Positions 27,478 to 36,944 of a stretch of DNA of 64,000 nt are shown one piece after another (position 1 is the stretch's first letter; each line of letters begins with the position of its first letter). Both the position numbers and the translations under genes were made by a program. The notes beneath the pieces are model-generated. The model saw only the letters and a list, made by a program, of their open reading frames with translations, made no database searches and had not been told where the DNA came from. Source of the stretch: a bacterium (GTDB taxonomy: Bacteria > Pseudomonadota > Alphaproteobacteria > Caulobacterales > Hyphomonadaceae); NCBI GenBank assembly GCA_016125045.1, contig WGML01000009.1, positions 117,206 to 181,205 on the forward strand, written 5' to 3'.

Positions 27478-29976
27478 ATGATCGAGCGTGCATCGCGTTG
27501 GGCTGTGGCCGCGGTGATGGCGGTGTTCGGGGGCTTCATGCTCTTCGACGCGCTGCCGCCCGAAACCATCTTCGGCCCCGCGGCCGAGACCTGGTGGATC
27601 GCAGCGGTCGTCGGCGGCCTTTTCCTCGCGACAGGCGTGTTGCTCGCGCTGAAGTTCGAGCAGATCGTCTCCTGGTTGTTCGCCGGCGTGCTTGCGGGAA
27701 CAGGCGCCTACCTCACCCTTGGCGGGATCCAGCTCATCGGCCTCGGCGGCAGTTTCTACTATGTCGCGGCCGGGCTCGTCCTCATCGCGACCGCCGTGCT
27801 CACCTTCCTGAAGAGCCCATGGGCGGCGCGCCTCTACGCCGTGTTCCTGGTCGCGACGCTCGGCTGGGCGGTCATGGAATCCGGCCTCAACGCCTGGGCG
27901 CTCGCTCCGCGCCTTGCGATGTTCTTCGTGCTCGGCCTCTGGTTCCTCGCCCCATGGACGCAGGCAGCCCTCCGCCGCGACGATGGCGCGAGCGGCGGCG
28001 CGCTCTGGGTCGGGGTCGCCGCCGCCCTTGTGGCGGTTGTCGGCCTCGTCGCGGGCCTCAAGCCCGACCCGGCCGCCACCGCCCTGCCCGATCCGGAACG
28101 GCGCGTTCCGGTCGAGACCCATACCGACTGGCAGCAATATGGCGGCACGACGCTCGGCCAGCGTTTCGCGCAGGTGGATGAAATCACCCCCGCGAACGTC
28201 CACAAGCTGAAGGAAATCTGGCGCGTCCGCTCGAATGTGCCGGGGCCGTTCAAGGTCACCCCAACGCAGGTCGGCGACCTCCTCTACTACTGCACGAAGG
28301 GCAACATCATCACCGCGCTGGACGCCGACACCGGCGAGGAGCGCTGGCGCCACGACCCGCAGGTCGAATTCTCCGGGGTTCCCAATTTCGGGGAGACCTG
28401 CCGCGGGGTCAGCTATTTCAAGGCTCCCGCCGACTATGTGGGCGAGTGCGCGGAGCGGTTGATCGTCGGCACGCTCGACGCCCGCCTCATCGCGGTCGAT
28501 TCCCGGACCGGACGAGCCTGCACGAGTTTCGGGCGCGACGGCTCGGTCAACCTCAAGGCCGGCATGGGCGAATTGCGCAAGGACGAGTATTTCATCACCT
28601 CGCCGCCGATCATCGCGGGCGATGTTGTCGCCACCTCCGGCTGGGTCACCGACAACGTCAAGACCGAACAGGCCTCCGGCGTCGTGCGCGCCTTCGACGC
28701 CATCACCGGCGCCTACGCATGGGGCTGGGACATGGGCCGCCCGAACGACACGGGCCAGCCGATCGAGGGGGAGACCTTCACCCGCGGCACGCCAAACGTC
28801 TGGTCGATCATGAGCTATGACCCGGCGCTCAACCTGATCTACGCCCCGACCGGGAACGGCACGCCGGACTATTTCGGCGCCCACCGCACACCCGAGATGG
28901 AGCAGTATGCAAGCTCGGTCGTCGCGATCGACGCGGACACCGGCGTTCCCCGCTGGTCGTTCCAGACCGTCCACCATGACGTGTGGGACTGGGATGTGCC
29001 CTCGCAGCCCGTGCTGGTGGACATTCCGCGGCCGGACGGATCGATCGTCCCGGCGGTCATCCAGCCGACCAAGCGGGCGGAAGTGTTCGTGCTCGATCGT
29101 CGTGACGGAACGCCCATCTTCCCGATCGAGGAACGCCCGGTGCCTCAGGACCCGGTGGAGGGCGACTGGCTCTCACCCACCCAGCCCTTCACGGCGGATT
29201 TCCTGAACTTCCGCAATCCGATGGGCGAATCCCGCATGTGGGGGGCGACGCCGCTCGACCAGCTCTGGTGCCGCATCGCATTCCGCAAGCTGCGCTGGGA
29301 TGGGCATTTCACGCCGCCGGGGCTGGAACCCGCGCTCTTCTATCCAGGCAATGCGGGCGGGTTCAACTGGGGCTCGGTCTCGGTTGATGCGGAGCGCGGC
29401 CTTCTGATCGCCGCCCCGATGATCATGGCGAACACGTTCGAGCTGATCACGCGCGACGAGATCGCGGCGGGGCGTCGGGCGTCCGGCCAGCTCGGCACGC
29501 CCTACGGGTCCACCACGACGCCGTTCATGAATCCCTTCACCCAGATGCCGTGCGCCGAGCCCCCGTACAGCCGCGTGTCGGTGGTCGATCTCAAGACCGG
29601 CCAGCAGCTCTGGAACAAGCCGCTCGGATCGGCGCGTGATTCCGGCCCGTTCGGCATCCGCTCGCATCTCAACGCGCTCGTGGGAACGCCGCTTCAGGCG
29701 GGCCCGCTCACCACCAAGGGCGGGCTGATCTTCCACGGCGGGACCATGGACCGCACGCTGCGCGCGATCGACGTCGCGACGGGCAAGACCGTCTGGCGGG
29801 CGGACCTGCCCGCGAACGCCCAGGCGACGCCGATGAGCTATCGTGCTCCGAAGTCCGGCCGGCAGATCGTCGTGGTGACGGTGTCCATTCCGCCCTCCGT
29901 GTACCCGCGCCGCCCGCCGACCGTCGAGCCGGACCCGGAAGGCGGGTATCTGATCGCCTACGCGCTCGAGGAGTAA
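27478..29976 (+). CDS. Membrane-bound PQQ-dependent dehydrogenase (glucose/quinate/shikimate family)
   Basis: About 5 N-terminal TM helices followed by a PQQ beta-propeller (W-repeat motifs; ...VHHDVWDWDVPSQP...). Confidence 0.88.
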   Translation: MIERASRWAVAAVMAVFGGFMLFDALPPETIFGPAAETWWIAAVVGGLFLATGVLLALKFEQIVSWLFAGVLAGTGAYLTLGGIQLIGLGGSFYYVAAGLVLIATAVLTFLKSPWAARLYAVFLVATLGWAVMESGLNAWALAPRLAMFFVLGLWFLAPWTQAALRRDDGASGGALWVGVAAALVAVVGLVAGLKPDPAATALPDPERRVPVETHTDWQQYGGTTLGQRFAQVDEITPANVHKLKEIWRVRSNVPGPFKVTPTQVGDLLYYCTKGNIITALDADTGEERWRHDPQVEFSGVPNFGETCRGVSYFKAPADYVGECAERLIVGTLDARLIAVDSRTGRACTSFGRDGSVNLKAGMGELRKDEYFITSPPIIAGDVVATSGWVTDNVKTEQASGVVRAFDAITGAYAWGWDMGRPNDTGQPIEGETFTRGTPNVWSIMSYDPALNLIYAPTGNGTPDYFGAHRTPEMEQYASSVVAIDADTGVPRWSFQTVHHDVWDWDVPSQPVLVDIPRPDGSIVPAVIQPTKRAEVFVLDRRDGTPIFPIEERPVPQDPVEGDWLSPTQPFTADFLNFRNPMGESRMWGATPLDQLWCRIAFRKLRWDGHFTPPGLEPALFYPGNAGGFNWGSVSVDAERGLLIAAPMIMANTFELITRDEIAAGRRASGQLGTPYGSTTTPFMNPFTQMPCAEPPYSRVSVVDLKTGQQLWNKPLGSARDSGPFGIRSHLNALVGTPLQAGPLTTKGGLIFHGGTMDRTLRAIDVATGKTVWRADLPANAQATPMSYRAPKSGRQIVVVTVSIPPSVYPRRPPTVEPDPEGGYLIAYALEE

Positions 29977-29987
29977 CCCGCGCCACG

Positions 29988-30350
29988 CTCTTGTCCTCCA
30001 CCCATCGTCAGATGGGGGGAGGACAAGAGCGCATGCGAGGTCGGAGGGGGGGCCGCCCCACCCCGCCGCCACATGTCATCCCGGAAGCGGCGTGAGCCGC
30101 TATCCGGGACCCAGCCTCAAGAACCGCAAAGCGCCTTCATCCCCCCCTCCGGTCCTGCGGACCACCTCCCCCCGTTCCACGGGTGGAGGACAAGACCCCG
30201 CCGCCTCCGTCCCCCCCCTTCACGGGGGGTGAGACGCGGCGCCGAAGGCGCAAAACGCGAAGAGCGTTTCGAGCGGCGAACGCCCGCAGCGACAGCGGAG
30301 GGCCGGGTGCCGAGCGAAAGCGAGGCCGGAGGGGGCGCCCCCAAAACCCG
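29988..30350. repeat. Intergenic mosaic repeat cluster A
   Basis: The cluster contains three elements. First, the hairpin gctcttgtcctcc...ggaggacaagagc (29988-30030, 13-bp perfect stem) directly after the dehydrogenase stop. Second, family-1 element TGTCATCCCGG...CCGGGACCCAG at 30074-30114. Third, the family-2 element at 30145-30209. The region is convergent, with gene ends at 29976 and 30358. Confidence 0.9.
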
Positions 30351-30357
30351 CCCGCGT

Positions 30358-31545
30358 CTACTCCGCGCCGATCTTCAAAAGCGGCGTATTGGCCGCCCGC
30401 AGCGCCGGGAAGAAGCCGCCGATCAGTCCGAGCACCAGCGCGAGGACCACACCGGAAACCACCTGCGCCGGACCGATCGCAAAGTCGAACACGACCTGCG
30501 TGAAGCCGCCGCCAAGGGTGGAAGCAGTAATGCCGTTGAAGATGAGATAGGCCGCGATCACACCGAGCAGTCCGCCCGCAAGCGACAGCAGCAGCGACTC
30601 CGTCAGCGCGCCGACAAAGGCCGGGAAGCCGCCGAAACCGATCGCCCGCAGCGTGGCCAGCTCCTTGGTGCGCGCCTCCACCGCCGCATACATCGTATTG
30701 AGCGCGCCCGCGAGCGCGCCGAGCCCGAGCGTGATCGCTAGCGCCCAGCCGAAATACACGATGGCTTCCAGCGATCGCGCCTCGGACGCGAAATGCTCCT
30801 TCTCGGTCTTCACCTCGATGCGCAGCCGCGGATCGGCCGCCACGAAGGCCTTGATCGCCTCCATCTGGCCGGGGTCCGTCAGGCGTGCGCGAACCGCGGC
30901 GACGGTCGGTCCGCGATTGAACAGCGTCTGCACGACGGGCAGATCCGCCCAGAGCTCGCTGTCGAACACCGTGCCCGGCACCTCGAACACGCCGACGACC
31001 TTCCACTTGTCGGTGCCGAACTGCATCTCGGCGCCAAGGTCAAAGCCCTGGAACTCCCGCACCACGCCCGCGCCGACGATCATCTCGTTGGTGCCGGGGT
31101 CGTACATCCGCCCCTCCGTGATCCGGAAGCCGGTGCGCATCCCCGGCGCGTTGGCCGTGACGCCGCGCAGCGACACGTTGGCCTCGCCCCCTCCCGCCCG
31201 GCGCACCGCGCCCACCGCGACATAACTCTCCGGCGACACGATCGGCCGGCCGGAGGCGTCGCGCGCGATGCCGGGGGCTTCCTCGAGGATCCGGACCGCT
31301 TCGCCCGGCATGGTGGAGTTGAGCTCCGAGCCCGAGGTTCCCGTGCCCAGGAACATGGCCACATCCTCCGACCCGGTGCCGGCGACCGTCTTGGCGAATC
31401 CGTTGCCCATCGCGAGGAAGGCGAGCAGCGTTGCAACCACCAGCGCGACCGAAACGATGGTCGTGAGCGAGGCCCAGAAGCGGCTCGGCAGCCCCGACAC
31501 CGTCATCGCGACGACCGCGCCAATCTGCTGAAACAGTGCCGACAT
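30358..31545 (-). CDS. ABC transporter permease (FtsX/MacB-type)
   Basis: An N-terminal TM segment, a large periplasmic domain, then a C-terminal 3-TM FtsX-like region (...ATLRAIGFGGFPAF...). Confidence 0.85.
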   Translation of the reverse strand: MSALFQQIGAVVAMTVSGLPSRFWASLTTIVSVALVVATLLAFLAMGNGFAKTVAGTGSEDVAMFLGTGTSGSELNSTMPGEAVRILEEAPGIARDASGRPIVSPESYVAVGAVRRAGGGEANVSLRGVTANAPGMRTGFRITEGRMYDPGTNEMIVGAGVVREFQGFDLGAEMQFGTDKWKVVGVFEVPGTVFDSELWADLPVVQTLFNRGPTVAAVRARLTDPGQMEAIKAFVAADPRLRIEVKTEKEHFASEARSLEAIVYFGWALAITLGLGALAGALNTMYAAVEARTKELATLRAIGFGGFPAFVGALTESLLLSLAGGLLGVIAAYLIFNGITASTLGGGFTQVVFDFAIGPAQVVSGVVLALVLGLIGGFFPALRAANTPLLKIGAE

Positions 31546-31549
31546 CGCG

Positions 31550-32713
31550 TCAGATCCTTCTGAAGGCGGTGATCACGTTCACCCGCATCGCATTCCAGGC
31601 CGGGATCGCGCCGGTGATCAGCCCGAGCGCCACCATGAGGCCAACCGCCGTCGCAACGATCTCCGGCGTGATCTTCAGCGAGCCGAAGAACACAAGGAAC
31701 TGGCTGCCCACGGTCTGGCCGAGTGTGACGATCCCGAACGCCGCGGCGAGCCCGATCAGCCCGCCGATAAGGGCGAGCATCACCGTTTCTCCGATCACGA
31801 TCCGCGCAATGCGGGGCGAGGTGAAGCCGAGCGTCTTCATCACCGCGATTTCGCCCGTGCGCTCCCGGATCGCGCCCGCCATCGCATTGCCGACGATCAG
31901 GAGGATGGTGACGAACGCCGCGCCCGTCACGCCGAGGATGATCAGGCCGAGATTGCCCTGCTGGTCGATGAAGGCCGCGTTGAACGCCTCCTCGGTCACC
32001 GTCTCGGTCTCGGCGCGCGAGTTCTGGAACAGCGCATCCACCTCGCGGATCACCTGATCGTTGAGGTCCGCGCTCGCGGTCTTGATATGGATGTTTCCGA
32101 TCGTGTCCTGCGCGAAGGCGCGCGCCTCGTCGAAATACTCATATGGGATGTACACCGAATTGGTCGGCGTATCGCCATCGCCCTCGAAGATCGCGCGCAC
32201 CACCACCGGCCAGGTGTTGCCGCCGTCCTGCCGCCGCCAGATGTTCGACGAGACCGGAATTTGCTGGCCCAGCGTCCAGCCATACTGGTCGGCGATCTGC
32301 CGGCCCACCAGGATGCTGTCGCGCCCGTCGACGAAGGCCTGCCGCTGCGCGGGATCGATGTTCAGCTCGCTGAAGATGCGGGTGTAGCTGTCGGGCTCGA
32401 CCGCGAAGGCGAGCAGGAAATTGCGCTCTTCCTGGAAGTATCCGCCGAACCACATCGAATAGCTGACGTCCGTCACGCCCTCGACCTGCGCCACGCGGTT
32501 CACATAGGCGATGGGAAGGCTTTCGGTGAAGTTGATCCGGTTAGAGGATACGAGCCGGTTCTGCGAGGACGGGCCGGTCGCATTTTCGAGCGACGACTGG
32601 AAGGCCGCGAGCACCGCATAGATCAGGAACGCGATGAACACCGCAAACAGCAGCAGGATCGTGCGCAGCTTCTTGCGGGCGAGGCCCGCCAGCATCAGTC
32701 CGAAGTCGGTCAT
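31550..32713 (-). CDS. ABC transporter permease (FtsX/MacB-type), second copy
   Basis: Same architecture as the first permease (...IAVMKTLGFTSPRIARIV...). ATGA-type overlap with the ATPase gene. Confidence 0.85.
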   Translation of the reverse strand: MTDFGLMLAGLARKKLRTILLLFAVFIAFLIYAVLAAFQSSLENATGPSSQNRLVSSNRINFTESLPIAYVNRVAQVEGVTDVSYSMWFGGYFQEERNFLLAFAVEPDSYTRIFSELNIDPAQRQAFVDGRDSILVGRQIADQYGWTLGQQIPVSSNIWRRQDGGNTWPVVVRAIFEGDGDTPTNSVYIPYEYFDEARAFAQDTIGNIHIKTASADLNDQVIREVDALFQNSRAETETVTEEAFNAAFIDQQGNLGLIILGVTGAAFVTILLIVGNAMAGAIRERTGEIAVMKTLGFTSPRIARIVIGETVMLALIGGLIGLAAAFGIVTLGQTVGSQFLVFFGSLKITPEIVATAVGLMVALGLITGAIPAWNAMRVNVITAFRRI

Positions 32714-33399
32714 GTCAGCCGCTCCTCGAACTCACCCTTGTCGAGATGCAGTTCGCGCTTGGCGTATTTCGCCGCCGCGGGGTCGTGCGTCACCATCACG
32801 ATCGTCTTGCCGAGATCGCGGTTGAGCAATTGCAGCATTTCAAGGATCTCGGTCGCGGTCGTGCGGTCGAGGTCCCCCGTCGGTTCGTCGGCGAGCAGGA
32901 GTTTCGGGTCGGCGACAATCGCCCGCGCGATCGCCACGCGCTGTTGCTGACCGCCGGAAAGCTCCTTCGGACGGTGGCCCGAACGGTCGCCGAGACCGAC
33001 GATCTCAAGCGCGGTCTTCACCCGCTCCTTGCGGTCGCGCGGCGACAGTTTTGTCAGCAGCAGCGGCAGCTCGACATTGCGGGTCGCCGTCATGGTCGGC
33101 ATCAGATTGTAGAACTGGAAGATGAAGCCGACATTCGCCGCGCGCCATGCCGACAACTGGCTTTCGCTCAGCTTCTCGATGGGTGACCCGGCGAAATTGA
33201 TCGATCCGCCCGTGGGCCGGTCGAGGCCGCCAAGCATGTTGAGAAGCGTCGTCTTGCCGGAGCCCGACGGCCCCATCACCGCAACGAAATCGCCGGCCGG
33301 AATCGTCAGGTTGAGATCGTCGAAGATCGACAGCGTCTCGTCCCCGCGCTTGTAGCGTTTCTGCACGCCCCTCAGTTCGATCAGCGCTTCGCCGGTCAT
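32710..33399 (-). CDS. ABC transporter ATP-binding protein (MacB/LolD-like)
   Basis: Walker A GPSGSGKTT, signature LSGGQQQRVAIARA, Walker B LLLADEPTGDLD. Confidence 0.93.
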   Translation of the reverse strand: MTGEALIELRGVQKRYKRGDETLSIFDDLNLTIPAGDFVAVMGPSGSGKTTLLNMLGGLDRPTGGSINFAGSPIEKLSESQLSAWRAANVGFIFQFYNLMPTMTATRNVELPLLLTKLSPRDRKERVKTALEIVGLGDRSGHRPKELSGGQQQRVAIARAIVADPKLLLADEPTGDLDRTTATEILEMLQLLNRDLGKTIVMVTHDPAAAKYAKRELHLDKGEFEERLT

Positions 33400-33424
33400 G
33401 ATGCCTCGCCCTTGCCTGCCCTGA

Positions 33425-33476
33425 AGACCCCGCAAGGGTCTAACCGAAGCCCGCCCGTCTGCACAATGGCGGGCGG
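33425..33476 (-). terminator. Two hairpins downstream of the TIR gene
   Basis: ccgcccg-N12-cgggcgg (33451-33476) and agaccc-cgcaa-gggtct (33425-33441). They lie between the TIR stop (33509) and the ATPase start (33399). Confidence 0.45.
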
Positions 33477-33508
33477 AAAGCTCTCTACGCAGCTACGGGA
33501 GGTCCGGC

Positions 33509-34639
33509 TCAGCGGCCGAGCGCTGCCACCAGCCGCGCGCGCTGCCCGGCGGTCGCGAGCGCGCCGATCTTCACCTTCGCGTCCCACACGCTTGCAAGCC
33601 CCCAGAGCTGCGCCAGCCGCTCGGCGTCCTCATAGGCGTAGCCCGCGTCGACGAAATCGCACTGCGTCCCGGATTGCCGTGCGAAGCGAAGGATTCCGGG
33701 GATGTTCGCGGCGAGGCCGCTCATGATCTTGCGCCCGACGAGCGCCTTCGTCTCGCCGATGTCCATGTTCCAGTAGGCGCCGATCAGTTTCGCGTCGCAA
33801 TAGGCGTAGCCGGACGCAAAGAACGTCCCATACTCGTCTCCCGGCACGATCACGGGTTGCTGGGCCGGCGCCGCCGGAAGGTCTGGCGCGGCGTCCGCGT
33901 CCGCGATCTCCACTGCCTCCCCCGTCGCTTCGCCCGTCGCCTCGACCGCACCGGCGTCGGCGGCGTCCCCGGCGTCGGCGACCTCGACCGGTGCGCCGTC
34001 GGCGCCGGGATCAAGGCCCGCATCGTCGCCGCCGCCCCCGAACATGCCGGACTGCCAGGCGAAATATCCCCCGCCGCCAAGCAGCGCGATCGCCGCGACG
34101 GCGCCGACGAGCGGGATCACCGGGGACGACTTCGCGGGTTCGGGCCTGCGCTGATAGGTCGACCTCGGCGCGGAGGTGGACGCCGCCGCCGGCCCGGTTC
34201 CGATCATGGCGCTGAGCGCCGGGAGGGGCTTTGGCGGCCCGCCGGGCGCGCGTCCCACGAAATGCTGCACCGCCCCCAGGACATTCACCCATTCGGCGTC
34301 ATGGGTGTCGCCCGTCCAGCCGATCAGGCGCGCCGCCTCAAGCTGACGGAAGCCGTAGGGGATCGGCACATCGTCGATCAGCACCGGCAGCAGCACGTTG
34401 CGCTGCTTGCCTTCATCGGCCTCATCGAGAACCCATTGCGCCTGCGACGACTTCTCCGACCAGAGCACCATCACGCATTTGGCGGTGGCGAGCGTTTCGC
34501 CGATCACTTCGCGATAGCTGCGGCCGGGGGGAATCCGGTGGTCCCACCACACCTCATAGCCTGCATCCGCGAGCGCCCGCGCGATGGGTTCGACCCGGTG
34601 AACGTCCTCTTTCTTGTAGCTGATGAAGATATCGGTCAT
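33509..34639 (-). CDS. TIR domain / single TM / C-terminal extracytoplasmic domain protein
   Basis: The N-terminus looks like a TIR_2 domain: DIFISYKKEDVHRVEPIARALADAGYEVWWDHRIPPGRSYREVIGETLATAKCVMVLWSEKSSQAQWVLDEADEG...LLPVLID. It is followed by a TM helix (VIPLVGAVAAIALLGGGGYFAW), an acidic D/A/G linker, and a ~110-aa domain with an internal GYAY.DA...W...AK..IG duplication. Confidence 0.85.
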   Translation of the reverse strand: MTDIFISYKKEDVHRVEPIARALADAGYEVWWDHRIPPGRSYREVIGETLATAKCVMVLWSEKSSQAQWVLDEADEGKQRNVLLPVLIDDVPIPYGFRQLEAARLIGWTGDTHDAEWVNVLGAVQHFVGRAPGGPPKPLPALSAMIGTGPAAASTSAPRSTYQRRPEPAKSSPVIPLVGAVAAIALLGGGGYFAWQSGMFGGGGDDAGLDPGADGAPVEVADAGDAADAGAVEATGEATGEAVEIADADAAPDLPAAPAQQPVIVPGDEYGTFFASGYAYCDAKLIGAYWNMDIGETKALVGRKIMSGLAANIPGILRFARQSGTQCDFVDAGYAYEDAERLAQLWGLASVWDAKVKIGALATAGQRARLVAALGR

Positions 34640-34715
34640 GCGCCGCCCCTTGCCTCCGCCGCCCGGAGAGCCAAGACCCTATCCGCCATGACCGACCTTC
34701 ACAACCTGGGCGCCG

Positions 34716-34898
34716 CCCTCCGGTCCTTCGGACCACCTCCCCCCGTTCCACGGGTGGAGGACAAGACCCCGCCGCCTCCGATCTACACCTGTATCCCCTG
34801 GGTCCCGGGTCTCGCTGACGCTCGCCCGGGATGACACCCTTCCATGCGCGACCAGATTGTCATCCCGGAATTTGCGTCAGCAAATGTCCGGGACCCAG
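34716..34898. repeat. Intergenic mosaic repeat cluster B
   Basis: The family-2 element at 34716-34780 matches cluster A at 64/65 positions. Family-1 elements lie at 34798-34836 (inverted orientation) and 34858-34898. Confidence 0.9.
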
Positions 34899-34900
34899 CC

Positions 34901-35884
34901 TCACCCGCCGCAGCACTCAACCAGCATCGCCTCGAACACGTCCGCCGCCTCGACGATCTCACCCGCCGTCATCCCGGCCGGCAGGATGCGCACCTCGAAC
35001 GTGTCCTTCGCCGGATCGCCAATCGCCAGGTTCGCGAGGTTGAAGTCGCAATACTTGCCCACCCCCGCCTGCCTCAGCGCCCGCGCCGCCTCCGGCCACG
35101 CCAGCCGGCGAAACCCCTCGTCGCGGGCGAGCGCCGTGACGGGGTCGGGCCACGGCCCGAGGCGGACGCAATGCGGATTCGTCGCGAAGCGGCGTTTCAG
35201 CGCCTCCGCCCGCTCGCCGAACAGATCGATCATCCGCGCGACGACCGGCGCCGACTTCAGCCGGGCGGCGTCGAAATGCACATGCACCGCCCCTTCGACC
35301 GGGGCGAAACACTCCTCCGCCGCGGCATCTGCCAGCAGGGCCGCGAGCACCCTCTCATGATCCCGCTCGATCGGCGCGGTCACGATCTCGCACGGCCGCT
35401 CGCGTTCGCCCGGCAACGGGGCGGCGATGGCGATGCTCGCCCCCCGGTCGTCGGAGACTTTGCGCAGGCCGCTCTCATGCACCTGCACCGCCGTGCCGAA
35501 CGCGCGCGCCAGCGGCTCCAGCACCGTCTCCAGCGGATCGTCCGCGCTGCACAGCCGCGCCGCGAGGCGCATCAGCCGGCCGTCATCCCCGACGATGCGA
35601 TACCAGCCGTGCACCGGCGATGCGGCCTTGTCGAAATCCCGCTGCAGGGTGAGGTCATCGACGAACGCCGCCACCGGGCGCCCCGCAGCGTCGCTCACCT
35701 CAAAGCCGAGGGTGAGGTTCTCGAACACGGGCCGGCCGGCGACCTCGCTCGGTTCCGACTGCTGATGGAACACCCGCCGCACCGCGCCTCCCGTTCGGGC
35801 GGCGGTCCGGGCCGCAAGATCCGCCCGCGTCCGGCCGGGCCGGCAGGCCAGCTCGATTTCAACCCCGATCGTCCAGTCCGGCAT
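34901..35884 (-). CDS. Amidoligase (Amidoligase_2 / glutamine-synthetase-like carboxylate-amine ligase fold)
   Basis: The ATG at 35884 gives MPDWTIGVEIELAC..., then CEIVTAPI, AVHVHFD and FEVRILPAG. These match the family's G.E.E / E.V(S/T)P / HVH / (I/F)E.R motifs as I remember them. Confidence 0.75.
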   Translation of the reverse strand: MPDWTIGVEIELACRPGRTRADLAARTAARTGGAVRRVFHQQSEPSEVAGRPVFENLTLGFEVSDAAGRPVAAFVDDLTLQRDFDKAASPVHGWYRIVGDDGRLMRLAARLCSADDPLETVLEPLARAFGTAVQVHESGLRKVSDDRGASIAIAAPLPGERERPCEIVTAPIERDHERVLAALLADAAAEECFAPVEGAVHVHFDAARLKSAPVVARMIDLFGERAEALKRRFATNPHCVRLGPWPDPVTALARDEGFRRLAWPEAARALRQAGVGKYCDFNLANLAIGDPAKDTFEVRILPAGMTAGEIVEAADVFEAMLVECCGG

Positions 35885-35924
35885 CGCCGCTGCTCCCGCC
35901 AGACCGCCCGCGCGCCTTGAGCGC

Positions 35925-36944
35925 CTAGCCCTCGGTGCGGTCGAACGTGACCTTCGCGGCCATCTGCGGCAGCACGCGCGGATCGCGTTCCTTGAACCCC
36001 ACGCGGACCTGGATGGTCGCCCGGTCGCGGTTCGCGGTCGGAATGATCGCAATCACCTCGGCGGGGATGTTCCAGTCCGGATAGGCGTCGAGCACGATGG
36101 TTGCGTTCTGTCCCGGGCGCACGTCCGAAATCTGGCCCTCATTCACGTCCACCTCGACCTCGAGGCTCGCCATGTCGACCAGCGTCGCAACGCCCGTCCG
36201 GGTAAACTCGCCGCCGCCGCCGGCCGGCGAGAGGATTTCCCCCGCCTGCGCGTTCTTGGCGATGATGACCCCGGCGAACGGCGCCCGAACCTTGTGGCGG
36301 TCGACGAAGTCGGCCTGCCGCTCAACCGCGAATTCCGCCACCCGCACATCGGCCCTGGCCGCGTCGTAGCGCGCCTTCAGCGACTCGATGGTCGCCACCG
36401 CCTGGTCCAGCGCCGCACGCGACACCGCCTCGCTCGCCATCAGCCGCTCGGCGCGCTGGCGCTGGTTTTCCGCTTCCACCATCTGCGCTTCCAGAGCCTG
36501 CACATTCGCCTTCGCCGACTGAACCTGCGCCTGCCGGAGCTGCAGGTCATAGCGCGCCGGCTCGTCATCCAGCTGGGCGAGGAGCTGGCCCTTCTCGACG
36601 ATGGCGCCCTCCTCGAACATCACGTCCGTCAGCCTGCCGGTGATGTCGACCGACACCGTCGCCGCCCGGCGCGCCACCACATAGCCCGACGCGACAAGCC
36701 CGCCGCGCGGCCGTGGCGCGGCGGCGACCCCCGCGACCGTCGATCCCGCGGCGCCCGCCGCAGGGTCCGCGGCGGCGACCGCCGGAGCCGGGGCGGGCGC
36801 CGGACGCATGAACATCATCCACCCCGCCATCGCGAGCATGGCGACCACCGCAACGCCGGCGATCAGCGGCCAGGGGCCTGCTCCGCCGCCGGACGGCGCC
36901 GACCGATCGATCGACAACGACCGCAGCTTTTCGGCAGTATTCAT
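35925..36944 (-). CDS. Periplasmic adaptor subunit (HlyD/MacA-type membrane fusion protein)
   Basis: An N-terminal TM anchor, a coiled-coil hairpin (LQLRQAQVQSAKANVQALEAQMVEAENQ...) and a beta-barrel C-terminus. Confidence 0.88.
   Translation of the reverse strand: MNTAEKLRSLSIDRSAPSGGGAGPWPLIAGVAVVAMLAMAGWMMFMRPAPAPAPAVAAADPAAGAAGSTVAGVAAAPRPRGGLVASGYVVARRAATVSVDITGRLTDVMFEEGAIVEKGQLLAQLDDEPARYDLQLRQAQVQSAKANVQALEAQMVEAENQRQRAERLMASEAVSRAALDQAVATIESLKARYDAARADVRVAEFAVERQADFVDRHKVRAPFAGVIIAKNAQAGEILSPAGGGGEFTRTGVATLVDMASLEVEVDVNEGQISDVRPGQNATIVLDAYPDWNIPAEVIAIIPTANRDRATIQVRVGFKERDPRVLPQMAAKVTFDRTEG

Noticed and set aside
27229-28977. 582-aa ORF on the minus strand
   Set aside because: It is antisense to the PQQ dehydrogenase and has no recognisable domain. 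The same reasoning applies to 25803-27389(-), 3620-5110(-), 10728-11900(-), 51587-53056(+) and 60579-61976(-).
30073-30741. ORFs reading through the repeat clusters (also 37878-38195 and 34831-35043)
   Set aside because: Their 'proteins' are translations of the palindromic intergenic repeats (PGPSLKNRN..., PPFHGWRTRP...). The same peptide strings recur only because the DNA repeat recurs.
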